DNA of 57,336 nt, filler included, from an uncultured Clostridia bacterium (GCA_964482715.1; 8 parts of 8 records of this genome joined end to end with filler, not necessarily neighbours in it), one strand, 5' to 3'; positions 28,332-38,289 are shown, numbered from the whole stretch's first letter. Notes: generated by a model not told the origin, from the letters alone. Numbers and translations: made by a program.

Positions 28332-28564
28332 CTGACATTGGGACAGTTTTTACCTATACCTTTCGCTTTAGACTCCCGGGTATCTCCCAGGAAGTGTCCC
28401 TCGCAAGAGGTTTATTTCACCTATTATTTTAGTGCAGCAGGTCTTTCCTTTTTGTGAGTGCAAAAGTTTCTACTATGGCGAAGCTTTCTGCTCGCCAAAA
28501 AAGCTTGCTTGCAAGGTATCTCCGGGAGCCTTTGTCTTCATGAAAAAAAGTGTCCCAATTTCAG
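28332..28564. mobile_element. MITE-like element, copy 1 (233 bp, longest)
   Basis: TIRs CTGACATTGGGACAGTTTT / AAAAGTGTCCCAATTTCAG (17/19); flanks GCCGCATT / GCCACATT (7/8 direct repeat); homologous to 42763-42932. Confidence 0.8.
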
Positions 28565-28584
28565 GCCACATTTTGTCAGAAAAA

Positions 28585-29829
28585 TCAATATTTGCCATAT
28601 TCATAGGCAGCTTCGAACATGGCAATCACATTTTCAGGAGGAACATCGGCAAGAACATTATGAATCTGATTAAATACAAATCCTCCATCCTTTGCAAAAA
28701 TCTCAATTCTCCTCTTAACGTCGTCTTTTACTTTCCCGGGAGTTGCTTTGGCCAAAATCTGTTGGGTATCACATCCTCCTCCCCAGAAGGTAACATACTT
28801 ACCAAACTCTTTTTTAAGTCTTTCCGGTTCCATATTTGCTGTCTGAGTCTGAACCGGATTTAATATATCAACTCCTGCATCTATTAAATCAGGGATCAGT
28901 TCATAGATAGATCCACAGGAATGAAGAAATACTTTACAGCTACTGTTTTGATGTACATAATCCCACATCTTTTTATATCGCGGTTTGAAAATCTCTCTGA
29001 AAACCTCGGGAGACATGAATGGACCTGTTTGGGAACCAAGATCATCACCAAACTGTAGAATATCAACCCATTCACCCACTCCCTTTACCACCCTCTCCAG
29101 AAGCCTTAAATTCCGCCCAACGAGAACATCAAGTAACCTTTTTACCCCCTTCTTATCAACATAGATATCACACAGAAAGTTTTCCATTCCCCGTAAAAAA
29201 GTCCCTGTTTCAAACAAATTACAACCAACTGCCAGCATAACAGCGCAGTCAGTTGTCTCGTAAAGCTGTTTTATAGTATCAATAAACATTTTGTAATCAT
29301 TGTCATTAAATATGTCAAGATGCCAGGGAGGGGTGGGAATTGCCCACATGTGTTTAACCACATCTTTTTCGTCAATCTTCTCTGGAATTGCATCAAGATC
29401 TCCATATACCCAGAAAGTCTGATCAACATAAAGTGAACTTTTTGGTTTTTTGCCCAGAACTAAACCATCTCTATTTTTTAGTAAAACTGTTGAATTTTCA
29501 TCGATCTCAATGTTAAGATATTTCGGAATTAAACACTTTGAACCATCATTAAGAGTCCATTCTCGCCAATCATCTTCAGATTTTAGAAAGGCCTGTCCTG
29601 CATCAATAGCATCCACATGAAAAAGATCTCGAATTTCCTTTTCGGGGTAAGCAAGCTGTTGGACAAAATCATACATTCTGGCAAGTCCTCGATTTACACC
29701 CAATTTTTTGCGTAACTTGTTGTAGGTTATGGTAGCAATACCGGTGGAACGCATTGCTCCGAAGTCAATGGGAACCCTATCCGGTTCTTTGTGTTCAATA
29801 GCCATTTTTATTCTTTCTCTTGAGGTCAT
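28585..29829 (-). CDS. uroporphyrinogen decarboxylase-like / MtaA-CmuA methyltransferase family protein
   Basis: MTSRER...H.EPDRVPID, LRGMENF, GDDLG.Q, LHSCG, NPVQ, FWGGG.DTQ, HNV..DVPPEN. Confidence 0.88.
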   Translation of the reverse strand: MTSRERIKMAIEHKEPDRVPIDFGAMRSTGIATITYNKLRKKLGVNRGLARMYDFVQQLAYPEKEIRDLFHVDAIDAGQAFLKSEDDWREWTLNDGSKCLIPKYLNIEIDENSTVLLKNRDGLVLGKKPKSSLYVDQTFWVYGDLDAIPEKIDEKDVVKHMWAIPTPPWHLDIFNDNDYKMFIDTIKQLYETTDCAVMLAVGCNLFETGTFLRGMENFLCDIYVDKKGVKRLLDVLVGRNLRLLERVVKGVGEWVDILQFGDDLGSQTGPFMSPEVFREIFKPRYKKMWDYVHQNSSCKVFLHSCGSIYELIPDLIDAGVDILNPVQTQTANMEPERLKKEFGKYVTFWGGGCDTQQILAKATPGKVKDDVKRRIEIFAKDGGFVFNQIHNVLADVPPENVIAMFEAAYEYGKY

Positions 29830-29879
29830 AACCTGTCACCTCCTCAAAATGAACTCAAGTAATTTATAAAAATTATAAT

Positions 29880-30329
29880 TTAGCTACCTTCATCATAAAT
29901 TCTTTTTTCGCCCTCGAGTTTCTTTATTCTGGTGACATCCTGCGTAACTTCAACACATCCAAGATATTGACCATTTTTATTTCTCACCGGGAAATACTTA
30001 ATATAAACTAATTTTCCCTCATAATTTATCCAGAATTCGGCTGAATCCCTTTTACCATTTCTAAAATCCTGAAGAATTTTATTGACAATGTGTACACTCT
30101 TTTGAGGGTGGCATTGTTGAACTTTCCTACCAATTATGGCTTTTGCTCGAGGGAAGATTCTTCCTTTAGTCTGGCTAAAATACCTTACTTCATCTTTCTT
30201 ATCCACAAAAGTAATGTCCACAGGAAGAGTGTTAAAAATTGCCTCTATCTCCTCCTTCGTGAGAGAACCTGTCTCAAAAGAAATTAAATCCTTTTTATTG
30301 TTCTCTTCTCTACCAAAAATCTCGCTCAT
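29880..30329 (-). CDS. PAS domain protein (DUF438 C-terminal type)
   Basis: TG.L...EI.AIF.TLPVDITFVD..D.V.YFS, CHP.KS, FWI, EVTQD. Confidence 0.85.
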   Translation of the reverse strand: MSEIFGREENNKKDLISFETGSLTKEEIEAIFNTLPVDITFVDKKDEVRYFSQTKGRIFPRAKAIIGRKVQQCHPQKSVHIVNKILQDFRNGKRDSAEFWINYEGKLVYIKYFPVRNKNGQYLGCVEVTQDVTRIKKLEGEKRIYDEGS

Positions 30330-30915
30330 TTTTTTCCTCCTTTTTAACTGCTTCTCCAATTCTAAAGCCCAGTTTGTGACTGAGTTCAAGGATTTCTGGA
30401 TGTTCTAAGATTTCTCCTTTTTGATCAATTCCCTTAATGAGAAGTTCCTCTTTATAATCAATATCAATAACTTTAAAGAAAGACTTAATGGTTCTTACAG
30501 CCCCGTCAAAAAGATAGGAAAATGTTGTTCCTCCAAGTGACAAAAAACCACCTATTCGGTGTTTTTTTTCAAAAGATTTCTCCTTAATAAGATACTTTTT
30601 TGCCCAGAAGGGTTGACATCGATCAATAAATGCCTTTCCTTTAGCAGGTATCCCCATAAAAAATATAGGGGAGCCGATGATAAGGCCCTGGGTGGTAATA
30701 AGTTGAGGATAAAAACCCTGCATGTCATCATTTATCACGCATTTCCCGGTTATGTGGCAGGAAAGACACTCTCTGCAGGGTTCAATATGAAATTCCTGTA
30801 ATCGAACAAATTTACCATCTACATTAGCGTCGGCTAAACCTTTTAAACAATGCTCAAGAAGCAATTCTGTATTACCATTTTTCCTTGGAGAACAGGAAAT
30901 TACTAAAACGGCCAA
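30310..30915 (-). CDS. flavodoxin family / iron-sulfur flavoprotein (NADPH-dependent FMN reductase)
   Basis: SPRKNGNT, CRECLSC...G.C.I.DDMQ, SPIFF, FIDR.Q. Confidence 0.9.
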   Translation of the reverse strand: MAVLVISCSPRKNGNTELLLEHCLKGLADANVDGKFVRLQEFHIEPCRECLSCHITGKCVINDDMQGFYPQLITTQGLIIGSPIFFMGIPAKGKAFIDRCQPFWAKKYLIKEKSFEKKHRIGGFLSLGGTTFSYLFDGAVRTIKSFFKVIDIDYKEELLIKGIDQKGEILEHPEILELSHKLGFRIGEAVKKEEKNERDFW

Positions 30916-30946
30916 TATTTATCTCCCTCTTAACTAAATTTGCCGT

Positions 30947-31921
30947 CTAACTCAAATTTAGTTTCCTGTTTCTTTCTTCAAGCAAAGTATCAATAGCCTC
31001 GATATCTTCTTGAGAAAGCACCCAATCACCGGCCGGCGCGGTTTCTTCAATTTGTGAGGGATGTCTGGCACCAACAATGGCTGCTGTTACCTCAGGTCGT
31101 CTTAAAACCCAGGCAATTGCAAGCTGAGCCAGGGTTTTGCCGTTTCTTTCAGCAATTGAGCGAAGACTCTCCACCAACTCCAGATTAATACTTAATTCCG
31201 GCTCTTGAAAATGTGGATCCTCTCTTCTATGATCATCTACAGGCAAGTTTTCCATCCGTTCTCTGGTAAATTTTCCGGTTAGAAGACCTTTATACATAGG
31301 ACTGTAAACAATTACACCAATATTATTTTCTGAACAGAAATTGAGAAGTTCTTCTTCAACCCCACGATCAATCATGTTGTATGGTGGCTGAAGGGAAGCT
31401 ACAGGATGAATAGGCTGAATACGTTTTAGCTGTTTTACACTAAAATTAGACACCCCTGCATAACGGATTTTACCTTCTTTAACCAGATCCGCTATAGTTT
31501 GCCAGGCTTCTTCAATATCTTTGTCCGGTATGGGCCAGTGAATCTGATAAAGATCAATAACTTCAATATTCAGTCGCTTCAAACTTGCCTCCACTTCCCT
31601 TAGAATACTCTCCCTTTTAAGACAGTTTGATATCTTCCTTCTTTTATTCCATACAAGGCCACATTTGGTAGCAATAATTGGCCTTTCCTTCATCCCCTTT
31701 ATCGCCCTGCCCACTATTTCTTCTGAGTGACCAAGTCCATACACAGGTGCTGTGTCTATCCAGTTAACCCCAAGGTCAATGGCTCGGTAAATGGCAGCTA
31801 TTGACTGTTCATCATCTTGAGGTCCCCAGCTAAACTCCCATCCACTTCCTCCAATAGCCCAGGTTCCAAGCCCAATAGTAGTGAGGTTGAGGTCTGTGTA
31901 ACCTAATTTTTTTGTTCTCAT
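30947..31921 (-). CDS. aldo/keto reductase
   Basis: GLGTWAIGG, DTAPVYG.G.SE, IDLYQIHWP, GVSNF, YSPM..GLLTGK. Confidence 0.95.
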   Translation of the reverse strand: MRTKKLGYTDLNLTTIGLGTWAIGGSGWEFSWGPQDDEQSIAAIYRAIDLGVNWIDTAPVYGLGHSEEIVGRAIKGMKERPIIATKCGLVWNKRRKISNCLKRESILREVEASLKRLNIEVIDLYQIHWPIPDKDIEEAWQTIADLVKEGKIRYAGVSNFSVKQLKRIQPIHPVASLQPPYNMIDRGVEEELLNFCSENNIGVIVYSPMYKGLLTGKFTRERMENLPVDDHRREDPHFQEPELSINLELVESLRSIAERNGKTLAQLAIAWVLRRPEVTAAIVGARHPSQIEETAPAGDWVLSQEDIEAIDTLLEERNRKLNLS

Positions 31922-32031
31922 TATTCATCTCCTTCACATAATATCTTCCTTGGCAATTCTCCTATTTATGCTTATCCAAACCATTATCTGGAAACATTTT
32001 AATAACAGAAGTAAAGGTGATACTGATTTTA

Positions 32032-32816
32032 TTAAAGCTTACTTAAATACTCAAAGGCGGAAAGAATGGCTTTTGCTCCTTCGCCACAAGCTACGATGAT
32101 CTGTTTAGCTGGTAGAGAACCTATCTCAATAAAAACTCCGGCTACTGCAAAGTTTCTTTCTTTTCCTTTCTTCAATACGGTGATACCTTTAACAAATTTA
32201 TCACCAAATATTCTTTTAACCTCGGTTTCAGTGAGAAAAACTACTTTACCACTATCTAAAGCCCTTTCCACCATTACAGGATCAGCACTAAGTTCAGGAA
32301 GAATCTCGATGACATAGATCTTCCTGGCAATTTTTTATAAGCTGAAGTGTGGCATCTAACCCCGCATTCCCACCTCCTACGACAGCTACATCCATTCCAG
32401 CAAAAAGAGGTGCGTCACAGGTTGCGCAATAAGTTACACCTCTATTTTTAAATTCATCTTCTCCCTGCACTCCTAATTTTCGGGGTATCCTTCCGGAGGC
32501 AACAATCACGGCTCTGGATTCATATTCCCCTCTATAACCTGTAATCTTGAACCTGTTATTTTCCTTTTTTGACCCGAGTTACAGTCTCTCCTTCTATTAT
32601 CCTGACACCAAACTGTCTTATGTGGTCAACAAACTTCTTAACAAGTTCTGAACCAGTGATAAATTGATATCCAGTGTAATTTTCTATATCCGAGCTTAGG
32701 GTTGCCTGTCCCCCGATATCTTTGGTGATTACCAGAAGGTCCATTTTTTTCCTGGCTGCATATATACTAGCCGTAATTCCGGCAGGCCCTGCACCTATTA
32801 TTATCAAATCTTCCAT
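32032..32816 (-). pseudogene. trxB: thioredoxin reductase / AhpF-like pseudogene
   Basis: GAGPAG, CATCD, GGGNAG and KQI..A.GEG spread over three ORFs; +1 frameshifts at 32565-32570 and 32331-32336; T..PG.FAAGD segment missing near 32110. Confidence 0.88.
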
Positions 32817-32830
32817 TTCAAAAAAATCCT

Positions 32831-33074
32831 TTAAGATGGTATTCCCAACTCTTTTGAAATGGCCTCTCTATCAAATCCAACTATTATCTTTCCTTCAATA
32901 TCAACTACGGGAACTCCCATCTGTCCCGGTTTTTTTATCATTTCGCTTAGAGCATTCCTGTCCTTGCCGACATCCAGCTCCTCAAAAGGAATATTCCTCT
33001 CCCTAAGAAAATTTTTTACCATAGCACAGTAAAGGACAGGTTGAAGTAGTATAAACTTTTACACTTTTTGTCAT
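32831..33074 (-). pseudogene. glutaredoxin (NrdH/YruB-like), frameshifted in the CPYC motif
   Basis: MTKSVKVYTTSTCP / YCAMVKNFL...GQMGVPV..I.GFD; one extra T at 33031-33033. Confidence 0.85.
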
Positions 33075-33095
33075 ATTTTCTCCTTTTTTACAAAG

Positions 33096-33585
33096 TTAAC
33101 GCTCACCAAGCTGACGATCAAGCATAAGTAATCCTCCACCGGCATCGCCTATAAGTCTTAATTTTTCCACAATTTCGTTGGTAGAGGCTTCTTCTTCCAC
33201 CTGTTCATTGACAAACCACTGAAGAAAAACTTCGGTAGCATTATCATCTCCTTCTTTAGCTACACGAATAAGTTCATCTATCATCCGAGTTACTTTTCTC
33301 TCGTGTTGATAAGCATCTTCAAAAGCTCTGAGAGGAGATTCCCACTCAGATGGAGGAGTTTCTATCTCAGAAAGTAAAACTCTACCACCTCTGGAAACAA
33401 GATAACTGTATAGTTTCATTGCGTGCTCAATTTCTTCTTTTGCCTGCTCCTGCATCCAATGAGCGAAACTTTTTAGATTTTTGGATTCAAAATAGGAAGC
33501 CATAGACAGATAAAGATAAGCCGAATAAAAACTCTCTGTTTATCTGTCTATTTACCACCTGCGCCATCTTTTCTTTTATAGTCAT
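33096..33585 (-). pseudogene. ftnA: non-heme ferritin, frameshifted near the N-terminus
   Basis: MTIKEKMAQVVNRQINRE / FYSAYLYLSMASYF, EE.EHA, LQWFV.EQVEEE; one extra T at 33527-33531. Confidence 0.88.
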
Positions 33586-33615
33586 TTTACATCCTCCATT
33601 GTAGCGATTTTTTGG

Positions 33616-33645
33616 AGTTCAGGAGGAGAAAACTCCCCCTGAACT
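33616..33645 (-). promoter_or_regulatory. 13-bp stem-loop between dfx and ferritin
   Basis: Minus strand AGTTCAGGGGGAG-TTTT-CTCCTCCTGAACT (one G-U pair), no U-tract after it. Confidence 0.55.
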
Positions 33646-33655
33646 TTCTCCCTGA

Positions 33656-34030
33656 TCAACTCTTCCATAAACCATGAATATTGCAGTATTCTCGAACAAC
33701 TATATTTTCAGTTTCAACGGTAAACTCCACTTCTGGTTTCTCGCCTGGCAAAAGAAATTTTCGTTGAGCAACAGCGTCTGCCATAATTTCAATCCATTCA
33801 ATGTAATGGTCTTCTTGCATAGGATGAGGAATAGAACCCACTTTAACTCTTGCCTTTTCCTTTGATCTCTCCACGACTGGGACATGCTTTTCTTTTCCCT
33901 GATCTTCAGTCTTCTCTTCCATGAGTATCATGGGTTTTCCGCAACAGACAAGCTGTCCCTTTCCGCTGTGGATTACCTCCACCATATTTCCACAAATTTC
34001 GCACTTATAAACTTGAAGTTTTTCGGTCAT
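33656..34030 (-). CDS. dfx: desulfoferrodoxin (superoxide reductase)
   Basis: [23 protein letters not shown]...HYIEWI, YCNIHG. Confidence 0.96.
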   Translation of the reverse strand: MTEKLQVYKCEICGNMVEVIHSGKGQLVCCGKPMILMEEKTEDQGKEKHVPVVERSKEKARVKVGSIPHPMQEDHYIEWIEIMADAVAQRKFLLPGEKPEVEFTVETENIVVREYCNIHGLWKS

Positions 34031-34117
34031 TTAAAAACCTCTTCTTTATTTTTTCCACATTTTCCAATAAAGTCTAAAGATCTTTTTTCTTCTACTTGAT
34101 CTGTCAAAATCTGCAAA

Positions 34118-34176
34118 CTGAGGTTAGGACACTTTTTTGCCTATATCTTCACGAGAAAAAAATGTTCCGATTCCGG
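34118..34176. mobile_element. MITE-like element, copy 3 (59 bp, degenerate, ends only)
   Basis: CTGAGGTTAGGACACTTTT...GCCTATATCTTCACGAGAAAAAAATGTTCCGATTCCGG aligns with both ends of copy 1. Confidence 0.55.
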
Positions 34177-34253
34177 TTACAAGAGCTAAAAACTAAGCCT
34201 GATCATTGAAAATTACCCTTACTTCTTTCACATCCCAGAGAGGCTCAAGCCTT

Positions 34254-34353
34254 NNNNNNNNNNNNNNNNNNNNNNNNNNNNNNNNNNNNNNNNNNNNTTA
34301 ATTAATTAANNNNNNNNNNNNNNNNNNNNNNNNNNNNNNNNNNNNNNNNNNNN
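34254..34353. other. artificial contig linker
   Basis: N44-TTAATTAATTAA-N44. Confidence 0.98.
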
Positions 34354-34445
34354 TTTTTCAGATTTTTCAAATTGATTAAAAATGGTATAATAAAACAGTG
34401 ATTGACCTTAAAGATGATAGTGATAAAGGAGAAGATGGAGTTTTC

Positions 34446-35186
34446 ATGAGAAAGCGATTGATTTTGATAAATCACATTATTTTACTTCCTCTTATAGTTT
34501 TAGGTATTGGTCTTGCCGATTCCTTATTGATGAAAGGTAGTTTTTCTGAAGCCATATCAGGCAAAAAATATAACCTAAAGGAGATAAAACTTCCTCAACC
34601 CAGTTATAAAGGTGAAATTTCCGTGGAGGAAACTATCTTCTACAGGAGAAGTATAAGAGAGTATAAAAGGGAGCCCTTGAGTATAAGAGAGATTTCACAG
34701 ATTCTCTGGGCAGCTGCTGGATCTAATATTGATGGGATAACTGGTGCTACCAGAGTAGCTCCTTCTGCTGGAGCTTGCTATCCTATAGAAACTTATCTTG
34801 TTGTAGGTGAGGTTAAAAAGATTTCTCCCGGTGTCTATCACTATGATTGGCAAGAACATAAACTGACTCTTTTAATCCCGGGTGATTTACGTCAGGAACT
34901 TGCTAAGGCTGCTCTTGGACAGAAGATGATTCAAAAAGCACCAGCCAGCCTTGTTTTTGCTGCTTTATATCCTCGAACTTTGAGACGGTATGGTCAGCGG
35001 GGATTTCGTTACGTTCACATAGATGTAGGATGCATGGTTCAAAATGTTTATCTTCAATCTCAGACTCTGGGTCTGGGAACCGTAAATATAGGAGCCTTTT
35101 TTGATGAGAAAGTCAAGGAAATTTTAGACTTAAAGGATGAACAGCCTCTTTGTATAATGCCTTTTGGAAAAATTGGGGAAAAATGA
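34446..35186 (+). CDS. SagB/ThcOx family nitroreductase-like dehydrogenase
   Basis: RRSIREY, R.APSAGA.YP, GVYHY, YG.RG.RY...D.G...QNVYL, IGAF; hydrophobic N-terminus. Confidence 0.9.
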   Translation: MRKRLILINHIILLPLIVLGIGLADSLLMKGSFSEAISGKKYNLKEIKLPQPSYKGEISVEETIFYRRSIREYKREPLSIREISQILWAAAGSNIDGITGATRVAPSAGACYPIETYLVVGEVKKISPGVYHYDWQEHKLTLLIPGDLRQELAKAALGQKMIQKAPASLVFAALYPRTLRRYGQRGFRYVHIDVGCMVQNVYLQSQTLGLGTVNIGAFFDEKVKEILDLKDEQPLCIMPFGKIGEK

Positions 35187-35234
35187 ATTCTATCTAAATT
35201 TTTTCGGGTTTTCCTGAGAGTAAGGAATGAACTT

Positions 35235-36245
35235 TTGAAAGAGGCGAAGTTTTACCTTAAGCTGGAAAGTGAAAAAGTAATCTGTCAACTTTGTCCGCAT
35301 CAATGCGTCATTAAGGAAGGAAAAAGAGGCATCTGTCAGGTCAGGGAAAATAGAAAAGGTATCCTTTACTCTCTTGTTTATGGAAATCCTTGCACTGTAA
35401 GTATTGCACCAGTAGAGAAAAAACCTCTTTACCATGTGATTCCAGGACACTGGCGTCTTACCCTGGCCACAGTTGGATGTAATTTTAGATGTAAATACTG
35501 TCAGAACTGGCACATCTCTCAAAGAGGTTTAGAATCAGAAAGCTGGTCTGAAATTTCAGCAGAAGAGGTTGTATTGGAGGCTTTAAACCAGGGTGTAAAA
35601 TCTATTTCCTTTACCTATACCGAACCTACCGTATTTTACGAATATATGTATGATATTTCAATAATAGCTAAAGATCGAGGTCTAAAAGTTTTGCTTAATT
35701 CTAATGGTTTTATAAATCCTGAACCTTTAAAGAATTTACTTCCCCTGATTGATGCGGTAAATGTTGACTTAAAGGGATTCAGCGAGGAATTTTATCATCA
35801 GGTATGTTCCGCAAAACTTGAGCCGGTGCTTGAGAGTTTGAAGACAATAAGAGAAAGCAAAATTCATCTTGAAATTGTTAATTTAATTATTCCAACTGTT
35901 AATGACGATTTTAACCAGATAGAGAAAATGTGTAGGTGGGTCGTAAAAAATCTGGGAGAAGATACACCTTTACATTTTACGAGATTTTATCCTGCTTATA
36001 AGTTTATCCATCTTCCTTCAACTCCTGTTCAGACACTTGAAAGAGCAAGGAAGATAGCCCGGGATGCGGGACTGAAATATGTTTATATAGGTAATGTTCC
36101 AGGACATGAGGCGGATAATACTTATTGTCCTGCTTGCGGAAAGTTACTTATCAAGAGATTTAACTTTAACATTCTGGCTAACCATGTGATAGGGGGAAAA
36201 TGCAAATTCTGTCAGGAAAAGATTCCTGGAATCTGGGAGGGTTGA
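35235..36245 (+). CDS. amrS: AmmeMemoRadiSam system radical SAM enzyme
   Basis: C.LCP..C...G..G.C.VR, PVEKKPLYH, GCNFRCKYCQNW.ISQ, FTYTEP, YVY.GNV, CP.C. Confidence 0.93.
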   Translation: MKEAKFYLKLESEKVICQLCPHQCVIKEGKRGICQVRENRKGILYSLVYGNPCTVSIAPVEKKPLYHVIPGHWRLTLATVGCNFRCKYCQNWHISQRGLESESWSEISAEEVVLEALNQGVKSISFTYTEPTVFYEYMYDISIIAKDRGLKVLLNSNGFINPEPLKNLLPLIDAVNVDLKGFSEEFYHQVCSAKLEPVLESLKTIRESKIHLEIVNLIIPTVNDDFNQIEKMCRWVVKNLGEDTPLHFTRFYPAYKFIHLPSTPVQTLERARKIARDAGLKYVYIGNVPGHEADNTYCPACGKLLIKRFNFNILANHVIGGKCKFCQEKIPGIWEG

Positions 36246-36316
36246 CATATATTGGTGATATATTAAAATCACCCCACAACAAAAAGGCTATAAATTTAAT
36301 TTTAGGGGAAGGTTAA

Positions 36317-37216
36317 ATGATTGAGGAACCAGTTTTGTCGGTAAATTTACCGGATTTCAAACTTTTCAAGAGAGGGAAAGTTAGAGACATTTATGAGGTT
36401 AATGGAAAACTCTTAATGATAGCAACTGATAGAATATCAGCTTTTGATGTGGTTATGCCTAACGGTATCCCGGACAAGGGGAAAGTCCTCACCAAGATTT
36501 CGGTATTCTGGTTTAAATTTACAAGCAACATTATTGATAACCATCTCATAACCTCTGATTATAAGAAAATAGTCTCATTTTTTCCTTCCCTGAAAAAATA
36601 CCAGGAGTTACTTGAGGGAAGATTGATGCTGGTCAAGAAGGCGGAACCTCTCCCTGTAGAGTGTGTGGTGAGAGGTTACCTGGCGGGTTCTGGATGGAGA
36701 GAATACAAGAAAACAGGTTCAATATGTGGAATTAAACTTCCTGCCGACCTAAGACAAAGCGAGAAGCTCCCTCAACCCATTTTTACTCCCGCTACCAAGG
36801 CCGTTTATGGACACGATGAGAATATTACTGAAAAACAGGCAAAAGAAATTGTGGGTGAGAGAATTTATGAAAAAATAAAGACTTTCAGTTTGCACATATA
36901 CGAGAAGGCAAGTGAGTATGCCGAAAAAAGGGGGATTATCATTGCTGATACAAAATTTGAATTTGGAAAAATAAACAGTGATATAATTCTAATTGACGAG
37001 GTTCTCACACCTGACTCTTCCCGTTTTTGGCCCAAGAAGGAGTATGAAGTGGGGAAATCGCAGAAAAGTTTTGATAAGCAATTTGTCCGTGATTACCTGG
37101 ATAGTCTCAGCTGGAATAAGACTCCCCCTGCTCCTCGTCTTCCCGAAGAAGTCGTTAAGAAGACAAGGCAAAAATACCTTCAGGTTTTAAAAATACTTGC
37201 TATACCCTTTCCTTAA
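36317..37216 (+). CDS. purC: SAICAR synthetase
   Basis: [47 protein letters not shown]. Confidence 0.97.
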   Translation: MIEEPVLSVNLPDFKLFKRGKVRDIYEVNGKLLMIATDRISAFDVVMPNGIPDKGKVLTKISVFWFKFTSNIIDNHLITSDYKKIVSFFPSLKKYQELLEGRLMLVKKAEPLPVECVVRGYLAGSGWREYKKTGSICGIKLPADLRQSEKLPQPIFTPATKAVYGHDENITEKQAKEIVGERIYEKIKTFSLHIYEKASEYAEKRGIIIADTKFEFGKINSDIILIDEVLTPDSSRFWPKKEYEVGKSQKSFDKQFVRDYLDSLSWNKTPPAPRLPEEVVKKTRQKYLQVLKILAIPFP

Positions 37217-37228
37217 AACAGGAGGTAA

Positions 37229-37828
37229 TTGATGAACCAGGTCAAGATTTTAAGCTGGTTTTTAGAGGTAGGGAAAAGAGAAATAGTTGTTAATAGAGTT
37301 TTTTGTTGTTTAATAGGGGTAGTGGGCTTTATCTTACTTACAGCCCTTGGAGCCTTCGTATGGATTCCTTTGCCCTTTACCCCCGTTCCCATTACCCTGC
37401 AAACCTTTTTCGTTTTATTAGCTGGAGCAGCTCTTGGAGGTAGATTTGGATTAATCTCTCAAGCAGGATACGTCACCTTAGGAATATTTGGGCTTCCAGT
37501 TTTCGCTGGTATATCTGGAGGATGGATGAGAATTTTGAGTCCCACAGGAGGGTATTTACTGGGATTTATCCTGGCAGGCTGGATTGTGGGTAGATTGATA
37601 ACATTAAAAAAAAGAACAAGTTTTTCCTGGGTGATTTTTTCAATGCTGATCGGATCTTGCGCTATCTACCTTCTTGGGACGCTTCATCTGGCCCTGGTTA
37701 CCGGCTGTGGAATAGAAAAAGCGATTTATATGGGAGTTTTACCTTTTATCCCGGGGGATATGTTGAAACTCATAGGTGCAGCCTCTGTTTATTATAAATG
37801 CCAAACAAGATGGAGAGAAATCTTCTGA
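37229..37828 (+). CDS. bioY: biotin transporter BioY
   Basis: PFTPVPITLQT, G..GLPVFAG, PTGGYLLGF, PFIPGD..K. Confidence 0.95.
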   Translation: MMNQVKILSWFLEVGKREIVVNRVFCCLIGVVGFILLTALGAFVWIPLPFTPVPITLQTFFVLLAGAALGGRFGLISQAGYVTLGIFGLPVFAGISGGWMRILSPTGGYLLGFILAGWIVGRLITLKKRTSFSWVIFSMLIGSCAIYLLGTLHLALVTGCGIEKAIYMGVLPFIPGDMLKLIGAASVYYKCQTRWREIF

Positions 37829-37858
37829 AGTTTTACTTAGATTGATGAGGAGTGGAAT

Positions 37859-38206
37859 GTGGTAAATCGGAAAAGAGAGAATCTAAGGGTAAGAGTTGAG
37901 ATTTTAAATTCTGCATCGGGAGAAATAGAAATTCATTATTATGATGACCCTCATGCCGAATCTTTCCTTGGATGGAAACTGCCGGAAAGTGTATTTCGAG
38001 ACGTCATGAGGTGGTGGAAAAAATTTAAACTGCATAGCGACCCGAAGTTTCCCATAACTGAGAGGACAACCAGCTGTAAAATTACAATGTACACTCCCAA
38101 ATATGTTGACATTAGACCGCTTGATAAATTCGGTCGATTAAAAATGGGGGGATGGAGCCTACCAAGGTTGGTTTTAGAAGAAATGGAGAAAATTGACAGA
38201 GATTAA
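37859..38206 (+). CDS. hypothetical protein
   Basis: 115-aa ORF with RBS (GAGGAG); internal GW.LP..V repeat. Confidence 0.65.
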   Translation: MVNRKRENLRVRVEILNSASGEIEIHYYDDPHAESFLGWKLPESVFRDVMRWWKKFKLHSDPKFPITERTTSCKITMYTPKYVDIRPLDKFGRLKMGGWSLPRLVLEEMEKIDRD

Positions 38207-38289
38207 TCAGGAGATTTCTTTTATTAAGAAATAAAAGACGGGATGAATGTAGATCAAAGAGGCTAAGATCCAGATGCCGGCTAATGGCT

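Noticed and set aside
28432-28863. Plus-strand ORFs at 28432 and 28458, and the similar one at 42657-42971
   Set aside because: They are read-throughs of the MITE-like repeat or antisense to real genes; no transposase motifs.
32331-33531. Programmed frameshifting or phase variation in the redox operon
   Set aside because: The runs are only 3-6 nt and trxB also has an irreversible deletion; decay or sequencing error is simpler.
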